Origin: the human T2T-CHM13v2.0 reference genome, Homo sapiens
Strand: one strand, 5' to 3'
Length of the DNA: 64,000 nucleotides
NCBI RefSeq assembly: GCF_009914755.1
Contig: NC_060942.1
In this document: piece by piece, positions 50,813 to 62,260 of the stretch
How the letters are laid out: each line of letters begins with the position of its first letter
Numbering within the stretch: the stretch's first letter is position 1
The notes under the pieces: model-generated
The model's database searches: none
What the model saw: the letters and a program-made list of their open reading frames with translations, nothing else
What the model was told of the DNA's origin: nothing
Translations under genes and position numbers: made by a program

Positions 50813-51272
50813 TTGTCCAAATTGGACAAAGTACAGAGAAGAGTCACAAAAATGATTGAGGAGATGGAGGCCTTAACATACGAGGTGAGATTAAAAGAAT
50901 GTAGTGTGTGGAGCTTCGTGAAGCTGCTGCTAAGGAGATACGGTATCACTGCCTATGCCTCAGGGCATAGCAGTAAACCCCCAAAGGGGAATTTGCAGGG
51001 AAGTAAAAGGGGCATTACAGAGAAGAAATGAGCAGAGAGGGGTTGTCTGCCTATCAGGGAAAAAAGTTTGTTGGAGTGGAAGCTATTAGGCAGCAGAATT
51101 ACATCCCCAGGGAGACAGCAATGTCTGTGACCCCATTACAGAGGACATAAAGGCTGGCCAGGTGATCCAACTCCCCAGTATACTATAAGGAGGGCCTTCT
51201 GGGCTCCTTGGAGACCGGGAATGGATGGAGGGTGAAGTGAGACTCTTTCACATCTTACCATGTATGATTCCA
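50813..51272 (+). mobile_element. CR1/L3-clade LINE 3' remnant
   Basis: ORF 50813-51031 reads KLDKVQRRVTKMIEEMEALTYEVRLKECSVWSFVKLLLR, matching the CR1 ORF2 C-terminus (LERVQRRATKMIxGLExxxYEERLKELGLFSLEKRRLR). Ends in a CR1-like tail ...TGTATGATTC. Confidence 0.85.
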
Positions 51273-53004
51273 CTTTGGTTCTGAGATGAATGCTGAAGGC
51301 ACAATTCCCCAGCTACCTGGATCTGATGCCAAAGTTAGATTTTATAATTCTCGGATACATACTTAGGGATTATCAGCAAACTCTTTTCCCAAACCTTTGA
51401 TATATTTAAATGAAATAAAACCCCTAGGTGGCTTTGAAAACAGCATCTTTGGCGCATGCTTTTATCTGGAGACATTTCCCCAAATATTTTTTAAAATGTG
51501 CATGCATGTACTGTGGGGAGACGGGGAGAAAATGAACCTCATTGAACTGCAATTCATCACAAAGTTAACTGTTTTTATACAGCCTACGTTCTGTGTGTGC
51601 ATGCCAAATCTGCAGCCATGCTAATGGAATATTAATATATTCTTACTAGGAGGACAGATCGAGGTTTAAAAGGAAACAAAAATAAAATATAATACAATAT
51701 AAAGGGAAGAATAAATGAAAGAAATAGGAGCCAGTTGGATTTCGGGGTCTCAGCCACAACCCCCTGGGGGAAGGACTGGGGAAAGAGAGGCAGTGCTTTC
51801 TCTTTATCTTGCAAGCAATTACTGGCGATTTGTTCTGGCCAGTAAAACTTCTGATATTATCATGGTTGCTGAGTAATTTATCATCAAAGTTTAATGTGAA
51901 AACAGGTGACTGTGTAATCACCAATCTAGGAACAGAAATAGAATCGTTATTATTTCTGCCTGAAGAGAGAGATTTTTTTTTTCTGTCAATTGACTTAACG
52001 GCCAAAAGGCTGTTCATCATATCACCATGAATTATAAAACCTCTATTAAATATTCATAAAAGTTTTGAAATGAATGTGTGATAGAGATGAAAGCTGGGCT
52101 AATTTAAATACCTACCAGACCTGTCTTAATTACAGAGGTAAAATGAGATATAAAAATTATAGCAGCAAGGAAAAAAAAACTTGAAACAGTTCATTCCACA
52201 CATTACAGAAAATGCCTTTGCGAGCCACCATACACAAAGCCAGAGCTCTGATTTCCATCTGCCTTAAAGCAGTGCTGAAATGGAGTTGGCTATGTCTTTC
52301 TTCTACAGGAAGTAAAAGGGAGGCATCCTTGGGACTTCAGGCCAAATACTTTTTGCTGTCTCTCCAAAATGTAAAAAAAAAAAAAAAAAACAAAAAACTC
52401 AACTGTAGAAGCACATCCATATGCACCTTCTGAAATTCAAATCCTCAGAAAAAAAATCAAGTGGGGCTGAATGGAATTCAGGATGTGACCAAAAGGGATT
52501 CAATGAAAATTTCTTCTAATTTTTCATACTATGATTCGTGTGGATTTCACATGGGTTTATAAAAATGGCACATGGACATTTTGTTTATGTATGGGATAAT
52601 TTTAAGCTTGGACTATCATAACCTCTTCTGCCATCTTAAGAGAAACATTCTCTAGAGGTAATAGAATAATCCTAGGATAATTTATCTGAAGCCAAGGTAT
52701 ACTCATGTTCCCAACCTCAAATATAATTTGCTAAGCAAAAGCCTTTCCTGTTCCTCCCCAAGTCAGGCTAATAGGAATGCAGTTAGAACACTGACCTTCT
52801 ATCTTCAGGCAAATATCAAATCTGACATTAAAGGCAATAGTATTTTTAAATTGATCATTTGGACATAATTGGCGTGTGTCTCAAGGTGATCCTGTGTTCT
52901 TAAATACGTGTTTTAACTGACCACAGATGTGTTGATGGGCATAAAGAAGAAAAAAGAAAAGGATACTTTAGGGATTCAGGTCTGTGTGATGTCATGATAG
53001 ATTC

Positions 53005-53145
53005 TCCAGCTAGAAGTCAGGTGCCCACTAGCTTGACCTTGAGCAAGGTTCTTCACCTTGCCGAGTCCCAGTGCCAACATCTGGAAAATGAGGGGATTAA
53101 TTTGGTGGTGGCTAAAGATCCATCCAACTCTAAAATTCTGCAATT
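53005..53145 (+). mobile_element. MIR3-like SINE
   Basis: TGACCTTGAGCAAG...CATCTGGAAAATGAGGGGATT...CTAAAGATCCATCCAACTCTAAAATTCT. Confidence 0.75.
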
Positions 53146-53194
53146 ATAAATAGAATGATAAGATGCTCTCTGGCTCTTAGGCCACCACCCAGGA

Positions 53195-53330
53195 GAATGA
53201 ATTCCAGTTTTAATTTCCTTTTTGGTGATAGAAAATCTGAAGACAGGCAAGGTTAAATGACCCACCCGAAGGCCCAGAGCAATCAGCGATGGAATCACAG
53301 GCTCAGCTCACAGCCCTGGCTCTTTGCTTC
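53195..53330 (-). mobile_element. MIR-family fragment
   Basis: GATAGAAAATCTGAAGACAGGCAAGGTTAAATGACCCACCCGAAGG. Confidence 0.55.
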
Positions 53331-54431
53331 CAGTTTTATCAAGTTATTGAGGCCAAATCTTTCAGGCTGTTTGTTAACATCTTATTGGCTTATTCCTATT
53401 GACACCCTGAATGATATCACTGATTCAGTGGAAATGTTCCTATTTTTCACAATATTTCGTATGTAGGTATTGCCTCAATAAAATTTTAGGCTCTTTAGTG
53501 TACATGTAAGATACATATGTAGCATTGTGCTTGTTTAATGTTATTTAATGCCATCCGACTGCAACAAGTAATTTGGAAAAATTTATATTAAAAAATAGAA
53601 ATAATATCAGTAAAATTCAAGGAGGAAAATTTGGGCTGGGAAGTCACTGAGAAGCATATCAAAAATCAATAGAAAGTGAGAATATATATTTCTCTTTTCC
53701 TTAATCCCCTATTCCTTCCTTCCTCTCTTCTTCACTTCTATATATTCATTTAGTTTAATCTTTTTTTTTTCAATCCTTATTTTCTTTTTCTCATTGGTCT
53801 GGCAGTAGCCTTACTGAGCACTGTTTAAGCACCTCTAATTATTTCTTTTAACCAATTCAGATGGTGGGCACTTCTCAGAGCCCTCCTGTGACACACGCTA
53901 TCTCTGGTAGTGCTCCAGTATGCTAAGGGCTAGCATCCTATCGCAGAGCTGCCAAAAAGTCACATAATAGTGACTGCCAACTTATAATAGCTAATATCTA
54001 AGATGATGATATTCTTCCTGAGGTTAGTCCTGAGTGAGAGCCACATTATTTTGTAGAAATTGACCAGCTGCAGATTGAGACTTGTGTCCTAGGCTAGAGT
54101 GCTGTAAGGAGATGGGAAAGAATAACCAATGGGTAGAAACAGGAAAAGGAGATCAAGTATGTCACAAAGACACAGTCAGATGAATTGTGTGATGACAATG
54201 ATTGCAAGTATGTATGGTGGATGTAGAACGTGAATGCAGCAGTGCCATTCAATTTTCCAGTCTTGCATGTGGTTGTTCTACATGCAGTCTCATAGTTGTT
54301 GGAAGTTTTGATTCAATTTTTGTTTGAGAGGAATCTTTATTTTACATATACTGAAGTTGGTTAGGTTCCAGAACCTAGCCCAATGGCTTTAGTACAGATG
54401 TCGCTTGATATATGTCCTTTGATAGGTATCT

Positions 54432-54900
54432 TGTAGGTTACTTATCGCTGTATAAGGAACTAAAATTTAGCAGCCTAAAACAACCACCATTTCTTTATTT
54501 CTTATTATGTTGTTGGTTGCCTGGACTCACCTAAACAGCTCCTCTGCTTCCCACAGTATCACTGGATTTGCAGTCATAAGGGGCTCAACTGTACTTGGTC
54601 TTCCAAGACGGTTCACTAGATTATGCGTGATGAATGACTGGATCTTGCTGTCAGCTATCAGCAAATGGTGCTGGTGGTCTGGTCAAACAGAAAACTGTGC
54701 TTCTCCTCCATGTAAACTTTCCATGGAGTTTTGGCATCTCACAGCATGGCAGTGGGTTATCAAGAGCATTAAAGAGAAAGCTCCTATTCTTTCTTAGGCT
54801 TAAGCCTAAAACTGGCAGAATACAACTTCTACCACACTCTTTTGGTTAAATCAAGTTAAAAACTGAGCCCAGATTCAAGCAGGGGAACCAAAAGGGTGTG
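54432..54900 (-). mobile_element. MLT1H/I-like MaLR LTR
   Basis: AAAATTTAGCAGCCTAAAACAACCACCATTT...TTCTCCTCCATGT...CTCACAGCATGGCAGTGGGTT...CTTCTACCACACTCTTTTTGGTTAAA...GCCCAGATTCAAG. Confidence 0.75.
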
Positions 54901-56789
54901 AGGCATAATTCATTTGGGTACACCAACATAATAACCAACTAAGGTAGGTAATACGAAAGATAAGTATAAGCATATAGTCACAGTAGGAAGCATTTAAATA
55001 CAATTGTAGAACCATACACACTGATATCTCTATGAAGGGATCCTGCAAATAGCCCAGACTCACAGTACAGAGGATACTTTTCTTCTACTTAATAGCGCAT
55101 TGGCTAAAAGTATAATTTTCCTAAAAGCAGATCAACCTGGCACATTCTCAACTGGCCTTGCTGACAAATAACTGATGTTAAAGGCAAAGAAGTGTCTGGG
55201 TGTACTATTTTCTGTGAATGTATTTCAGATCAATGAGAACTAACCCCTTATGAAAAATGTTGGAATCCAAAGAATTTTTGCATGTAAAGATCTTCAATTA
55301 AACTAGTTAAAACTAATATTGATGTTTTAAAATAACCAAAGGTTTTTAAATTAATGAAACAAAGGATGAAACTAGTAGGGAGAAAGGGCTGAACTTAATT
55401 TCAGAGAATGCTTCCTAAAAATTAGATTGGTCTCCAGTGGAATGTGTGGTTGGTTTTGGTAGTGTGCCTACCAGCACTGGAATATTTAAATCTCATTAGG
55501 CTAGTAATCATTTCCGAGATATTGTCAAATTTATTTGTTTTCTAAATAAAATTAGCAAGGGTTTGGATAGCCTGAGCTCAGATATAAAATTGTTGAGGGA
55601 ATCTTAATCAGAAGCCAAACCAAAATACTACCATATTTATTTTTTCTGGTTATGGATAAAAAGGGATAAGAATTACCAATGGTATGAAACAAACATTTAG
55701 TACTCTTGTGATTTAAAAAAAAAAACAAAAACTGGAAAACTGGAAGAGAATAAAAGGGACCAAAAAAAAAAAAAAAAAGCTCTGGAAACATTTTGGCTCT
55801 GTGCATATCATACACATTCTTCCAAATAAAAGTACTATCTACATAATAAAAACATAACTTAATGCAAAGAATCCACATTCCTGACAAGTAGCTTGATATG
55901 TTGGCTGTAAGAAACCAGCATGAGTGAGCTATCACCTAAATTTCCCTAACAAATTGGCAAGTCCTTTCTCTTTTAAACTTTTCTCTGAAGTAGGCTCCCT
56001 GACAGGCGTGGGGAGATGTCTTGGGCTCCACCATCCCAAGCATAGGACAGGAACTGGAGAACTCACCATTCAGCCATGCATTTGCAGGCAGGAAGCCCGC
56101 CAGAGTGCATGTTCCTTTCTACATCACACCAGAACAAGTAAGATTCCACCCTCCAGGACATTTTGTATTTATCTCAAATAGCTTCTAATTGGTGGCCCAT
56201 TTATACTGTTTTTTTGTTTGTTTTTGTTTGTGGAGATGGAAAAGTCCAGTTAATGATCTTTTTGTAATAGTTCTTCCTGCGCTTAAAGACACAGGCTATG
56301 TCTACACATATAATTTGGTTTAGAAAATTATAGTTGAGTTGAGAAATATATTAGCAACAGGTTACTATTTTTTTTAATTGGTGACTTTGTCTTTTTGCAA
56401 AATTTAACTCTTGAGAAAGCAATTTTTGTTCATATAACTTGTTATTTAAATGACATCCTCTGAATGTCTATATAAAATTATTCAGTGTTAGTCTGTCATG
56501 TCTGACTCAAACCTTTATTTTATGCACAAATTTCTATAACATGTACAAGCAGCAGGTTGCCCTTTCTCTGTAAAAAGCAATTCTAGTATCTACTTTGAAA
56601 CAGTAGCTGGGGTCATTTTCTTGTAGAAATGATGAGCTGAAGCCTCAAAAGTGCAGGGTGTCAGAATTGATGACCACTCATTTGAGCTACCTACTCCCTC
56701 TTTGGAGATCTTTTATCAGCACCCCTGAGGGTAGGCAGCCCAGCCTCTGCTCACCCACCATTCCCACAGAGGGAGAGATAGATGTTGAG

Positions 56790-56995
56790 GGAACTCGATG
56801 TGAACCCACACTATGCTATGCGCTTGGATACAACCATGTTTAAGCTGTACAACCACCATATTCATATGCCATGCACAAGGTGAGAAAACTGAGAAGAGAC
56901 TTGAGAACTTACACTGACTTGTCCAAGATCACACAGGCCCTAAAGAAGATCATCTTTCTTGGACCCTTTTGACTATAAGGTTTGTTCTAACACTG
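56790..56995 (-). mobile_element. MIR fragment
   Basis: AGGTGAGAAAACTGAG...TGACTTGTCCAAGATCACACAG. Confidence 0.65.
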
Positions 56996-57099
56996 AGCCC
57001 AAATTACTCTCATGAATTTTTTTCTATTCTTCCTAATTCTACCACTTAGGGACATAACGTTTCATTTTCTCATCCTTATGCCTCCAATTCACCATCTAT

Positions 57100-57655
57100 C
57101 TTTATCTTATAATTTTGCCTCTTATTTTGTAAAGAAATTAGAAAAATGACAGAGAAGAACTTCTTCAGCTACCAAAGGCCAAAGCTCCCACCTAAGTGCA
57201 ATTGAACCCACACTGAGAGGTGATCCCTCCAGTCCATGGCCTAAATCTACATATTGCCTCACTTTTCTGCTCGCCTTCAAGTAAAACTATTCAGCTTCGT
57301 CTATGTTCATTGTACCGGATTCCTCATTTCTCAATTTATCTTTAATCTATTCCAATTGAACTCAAGTCTTTTACTTTATTCTGTCAACTACTCAATGTCA
57401 ACAACATACTCTATTTTGCCAAATTCAATAAATGCCATATTTCTGTCCTTATTCAAAACATTAGCGTACTTTTACATGGTTAAGCACGCCTTCCTTCTCG
57501 AAAGGTTTTCTTTCTCTTGACCTTAGTAACATCATAGTCTCCTGGACATTTTCATACCTCACTAGCAACCACTGCTGCTCTCATTCACTGGTTCTTCCTG
57601 TATTACCTGACCTGTAAATATTGGAGTGCTTCAGGAATCAATCCCAGGCCAAGTT
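57100..57655 (+). mobile_element. L2 LINE internal (RT-region) fragment
   Basis: TTGCCAAATTCAAT..TCTGTCCTTATTC...CCTTCCTTCTCGAAA...TCTCCTGG..CCTCACT...TAAATATTGGAGTGCTTCAGG (L2 RT 'GVPQGS' region). Confidence 0.75.
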
Positions 57656-58068
57656 CTGTTTTGAAAACTTTTTTTCTAATAATGCATGAAGCTAGTTTTT
57701 AAAAAATCCCTCAGGTTGTGCTATAAAATGTATCTAAAACTGACATTTCTTCTCTCTTGCCTCTTCAGCTCCCTAGTTCACTAGAGGCAACTAATTTCAA
57801 CTCCTAACAGTTTATTCTGGTAATTTCTTCCATATTTTGTTAACACTCACTTTAAAACTTTTTGATTTACCAGTTTTATATAGTATTTTTCTCCATAGAA
57901 GATAAGTATTTCACCTTCTTACTCAATATCCCTATTCACCTTTTCCTATCCTTCTCAAAAGATATATATCAAAAATTTTAGTTGACTTTATTTTTGTCAT
58001 TTAATCAATTATTATTAAATAGGGTTGCACCAAGTTGCATATCAGTATTCTGTTTTGTTTTTGTACTG

Positions 58069-58421
58069 TGTCAGTCCTCTGAGCCCAAGGCTGCACGTAT
58101 ACATCCAGATGGCCTGAAGTAACTGAAGAATCACAAAAGAAGTGAAAATGGCCGGTTCTACCTTAACTGATGATATTATCTTGTGAAATTCCTTCTCGTG
58201 GCTCAGGAGCTCCCCCACTGAGTGCCTTGTCACCCTAACCCCTGCCTGCCCTTTGACTGTAATTTTCCACTACCTACCCAGATCCTATAAAACGGCCCCA
58301 CCCCTATCTCCCTTCGCTGACTCTCTTTTCGGACTCAGCCCGCCTGCACCCAGGTAATTTAAAAGCTTTATTGCTCACATAAAGCCTGTTTGGTGGTCTC
58401 TTCACACGGATGCAGGTGACA
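58069..58421 (+). mobile_element. HERV-H solo LTR (LTR7 family, probably an older LTR7B/C-type variant)
   Basis: TGTCAG.CCTCTGAGCCCAAG...CACAAAAGAAGTGAAAATGGCC...CCTATAAAACGGCCCCACCCCTATCTCCCTTCGCTGACTCTCTTTTCGGACTCAGCCCGCCTGCACCCAGG...GCCTGTTTGGTGGTCTCTTCACACGGA. TG..CA ends. TSD TACTG/TACTA. Confidence 0.95.
58286..58292 (+). promoter_or_regulatory. LTR7 U3 TATA box
   Basis: TATAAAA followed by GGCCCCACCCC (CACCC/GC box) at the usual HERV-H LTR position. Confidence 0.6.
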
Positions 58422-60203
58422 TACTATTGTTTGTTATGGTGCCATTCACTCCTCATTTTTCTTTTTCATTGTTAGTTTTCCATGTTCCTGTCATTAATAT
58501 TTTCTTCCAAAGTCTTCAACATGATTATTAAATACATCTTTATATTTTTCTCTTGGAGAAATTGTAGTTACACTTGCAGCCTTTCTCTTCACAGTTGCTG
58601 ATAGCTGCACCAGTAGGATCAGTTCATTATGACACCATAGTATCAGTTCATTATGATACTATGTACCCTTCACAATGGCAGTCATTTTCTGGAGCCCACT
58701 AATGAGAATTTAGATGAGACAAATATATTTGTTATAAATAAATCTTAACTGAAAAGGTGTATACAGAATGGATTGCTGGGTCTATATATCATAACAGTCT
58801 AAGACAAACTATCAATATTTTCCTTCTAGGTAACACAAGAAAGTGACACTACCCCTGTTTGGATAACTACATTTTTGCAGTTTATTCTGTAACAAGCTCA
58901 AGATTTCAAAAGTGACTTTTGTGTTGTAGTAATGATGTAATGTTGTTGGACAAGGTGAGGAACACTGGCAATGTGAGGTTACTGCAAGGGTAGGTAGGGG
59001 AAGGGTGCATGGCTTCGACTGTCTCAATATTCAGTTTAATGTATAAAATCAGGCTGTTTGAATAAAGAAAGAAAAACAAATACATGGATAGTTGTCTAAG
59101 TAGAAGGTTAATAATTTGTCTAAGTTGAACCATGGTGTCTCCCTGGGGAAGTAACAATGACATCACTGTATAGAGAAGAAGCAGGTTTATTCTTGCTTAT
59201 TTTGTTGGAGAAAAAAAACAATAATGGGATGGACTACCACCGCCCTTCCTCCTGCCCCTGTTCCACCAGCACCATCCTTGCCACTGACCCAGAGTGAACC
59301 ACTAGCTTTGTTTAGTTGTGTTATAAAGGGGACAAGGAAAGTTAGATGGTATTTCACAGAAGCTCACTGATGTCTTTATAATGTGTTAATTTCTTCTGAA
59401 TGTTTTCAATGTGTACATATAAACCTAGCCTTTCTGGTTTCTCACAAAAGCAACTATAAACACCAACTGATGCTATCTGTTACATGTTTATTTATACTAT
59501 AAGTTAAATTATGAAGACCAATGAACAAATATTATAAAATATAAAAGTATATAAGCAAGGTCCATTTTATATAGTCCCCCGAATGTTTTTGTGATCTCAC
59601 TTTGGCAGGCCCAGGGCACAACTGCTGAAATGCATATTTTTCTTATTAGGTGCTGGGATCTCTTCAGAGCCACTGGAATGTATGACCTTGGTCCTCTTAA
59701 AAGGCTGCAGAAAGGATGGACTATTCAAGTACAGATTACATAACTCTCCATAGCTACCTTCCCTGCCACCCAACATTATTGCTTGCTCGTTACAGAGAGA
59801 TCACTACTTTTCTGTATATTGCAGATATGCGGATGGAGAATCTGAGGAACATGATCGTTCATTTCCAGTGTCTTCCTATGTACTCCCTAAACTTAAGTTT
59901 TTCTCTGTTTAGAGACTTTCTTAGGGGCAAAAATTATAAGACTTGGCGATGCCCAGAATCCACTCAGTGAAAATGCTTCCTGTTGTGCATTTGTTATTGT
60001 GTTGTTTCCCTTTTATCTTTTAATACATAGTGAAAGGTAAAATGCTTCCCTTTCCAGAGTCCACTTGGCCATCTATAGCAATCAAGTAACTCTCACTCAT
60101 TAGCTGCCCAGATACTTATAAAGATGTACAAAAACTCTGTCTGCTCTCAGGCACCTTACTATTTCTTGAGAAACTGAGACCATGAATTTAGATAATTACA
60201 GTT

Positions 60204-61695
60204 ACAAAGCAACTGTAATCAAAATAGTATGTTACTGACATAAAGACAGACTTATAGGCCAACAGAATAGAAAATCCAGAAATAAACCCTTACAAATATG
60301 GTAAAATGATTTTAAATAAGGTGTTCAAATCCATTCAAGAGGGAGAAGACAGTCTTTTTAACAAATGGCGTTGGAAAACTGGATAGCCACATGCAAAAGA
60401 ATGAAGGTATAACCATAACTAACAGCATATATAAAAATTAGCTCAAAATAGATTAAAGATCTAAATGTAAGAGCTAACCTGTGAGACTCTTAAAACAAAG
60501 AAAAAGCTTCACAACATTGGGTTTGGTAATGATTTTGTGGAAATGACAATAAAGTCACAGGCAACAAAATAAAAAAATAGATAAATTGGACTTCATGAAA
60601 AATAAAAACTTTTGTGCTTTAAGGATCCTAACAACAAAGTGAAAATACAACCTATGTGCACATGTACCCTAGAACTTAAAGTATAATAATAATAAAAAAA
60701 AGAAAATACAACCTATGGAATGAAAGAAAATGTTTGTAACTCGTATTTAATATCCAGAATATACAGAGAAATCCTGAAACTGTGGAGGCCAAAGGGCAGT
60801 AAACTGAACTCTTAAAACTCTAACACACACACAAAAAAGAAGAAACCTGATTAAAAAAGTTGGTGAAGGACTTAGACATATCTCTAAGGAGGATATATGA
60901 ATGAATGTACAATAAGCACATGGAAAGATGCTCACAATCACTAATAATAAGGGAATGCACGTCAAAACTACAGTGATATACCAGCTCACACTCATTAGGG
61001 TAACTACTCTCAAAAAACAAAAATATTGTTGGTGAGGATGTGGGAGGATGGAAACCTTGTGCACGGTTGGTGGGAATGTAAATCATATAGCCACTGTGAA
61101 ATAAATATACTGATTTCTCAGAAAACTAAAAATAGAATTACCATATGATCCAGCATATTCACTTCTGGGTATATACCCAAAAGAATTGAATGCAGGTTCT
61201 CAAACAGATATTTATCTGCACAACCATGTTCATAGCAGCATTATTCACAATAGCTAAAATATATAAGCAATCCAAGTGTGCATTGACATAAATAAACAAA
61301 ATGCAGTATATACAAATAGAGTAATTTTCAGCCCTAAAAGGAAAGTTGGACATATGTTACATGAATGAACCTTGAGGATGTCATGCTAAGTAAAATAAGC
61401 CAATCATAAAACAGACAAATTCTATATGATTTCACTTATATGAAGTCCCTAGAATAGTCAAAATCAGAGACAGATAATAGAATGTTGGTTTTCAGGACCT
61501 AGGAGGAGGTGCTAGGAGTTATTGTTTAATGGACATAAAGTTTCAATTTTGCAAGACTAAAAGGGTTCTGGAGATGGATGTTGGTGATGGTTTTACAGGA
61601 ATATAAATGTACTTAATACCACTGAATTATACACTTAAAGATGTTTAAGATGGCAAATACAATGTTATGCATATTTTATGACAATTTAAAAAATT
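60204..61695 (+). mobile_element. L1MB (L1MB2/3-like) 5'-truncated LINE-1
   Basis: ORF2 end (ACAAAGCAACTGTAATCAAAATAG..CCAGAAATAAACCC..GAAAACTGGATAGCCACATGCAAAAGAATG) and 3' UTR GAGTTATTGTTTAATGG..TTTTGCAAGA..TTCTGGAGATGGATG..GTACTTAATACCACTGAA. Confidence 0.92.
60657..60701 (+). mobile_element. Very short young L1PA 3' end nested in L1MB, with perfect 16-bp TSD
   Basis: TGCACATGTACCCTAGAACTTAAAGTATAATAA plus A tail, flanked by GAAAATACAACCTATG at 60641-60656 and 60702-60717. Confidence 0.95.
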
Positions 61696-62075
61696 AAAGT
61701 GAAGGAAAGCCATTACAACTTTTAATAAAGTAAAATTTTGAAAAAGCTTAAAGCTTTATAATATAGCTACATCAAATGCCAGAGGCAGAAGAAAACTTAA
61801 TTCAAATATGTCATTTTATAGATGAGATCACTGAGGCCAGTGACAGAAAAACAACCAACTACTCAACTAATGATATCTGTATTAACCGTAACCTATATGC
61901 TTAGTGCTAGGCTAGTTGATATATGGGCTATCATAGGTTTGTCTTACTATTATAAAGCTTAAAATCTGAGTTTGAAAGTAACTGCTACTCCATGTAATTC
62001 AATAAATAACAGAATATCATGATATTCCTAGTAAATGTCATAACACCATAGAATTGATGTCAAGTATTATAAAAT

Positions 62076-62260
62076 CATTTTGTAAATAAAGTTTTATTGG
62101 AACCCAGTCACACCCATTTGTTTATATGTTGTTTATGGTTGCCTTTATGCTATAACCAGAGAGTTGAGTAGTTTTCACAAAGATGCTATAGCTCCCAAAG
62201 CCTAAAATATTTACTATGTGGCCTTCTATGGGGGAAAAAAAAAATGCCAACTCTGATTTA
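62076..62260 (+). mobile_element. MER58A (hAT-Charlie MITE)
   Basis: TTTTGTAAATAAAGTTTTATTGGAACCCAGTCACACCCATTTGTTTA...CAAAGCCTAAAATATTTACTATGTGGCC...TGCCAACTCTG. Confidence 0.9.
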
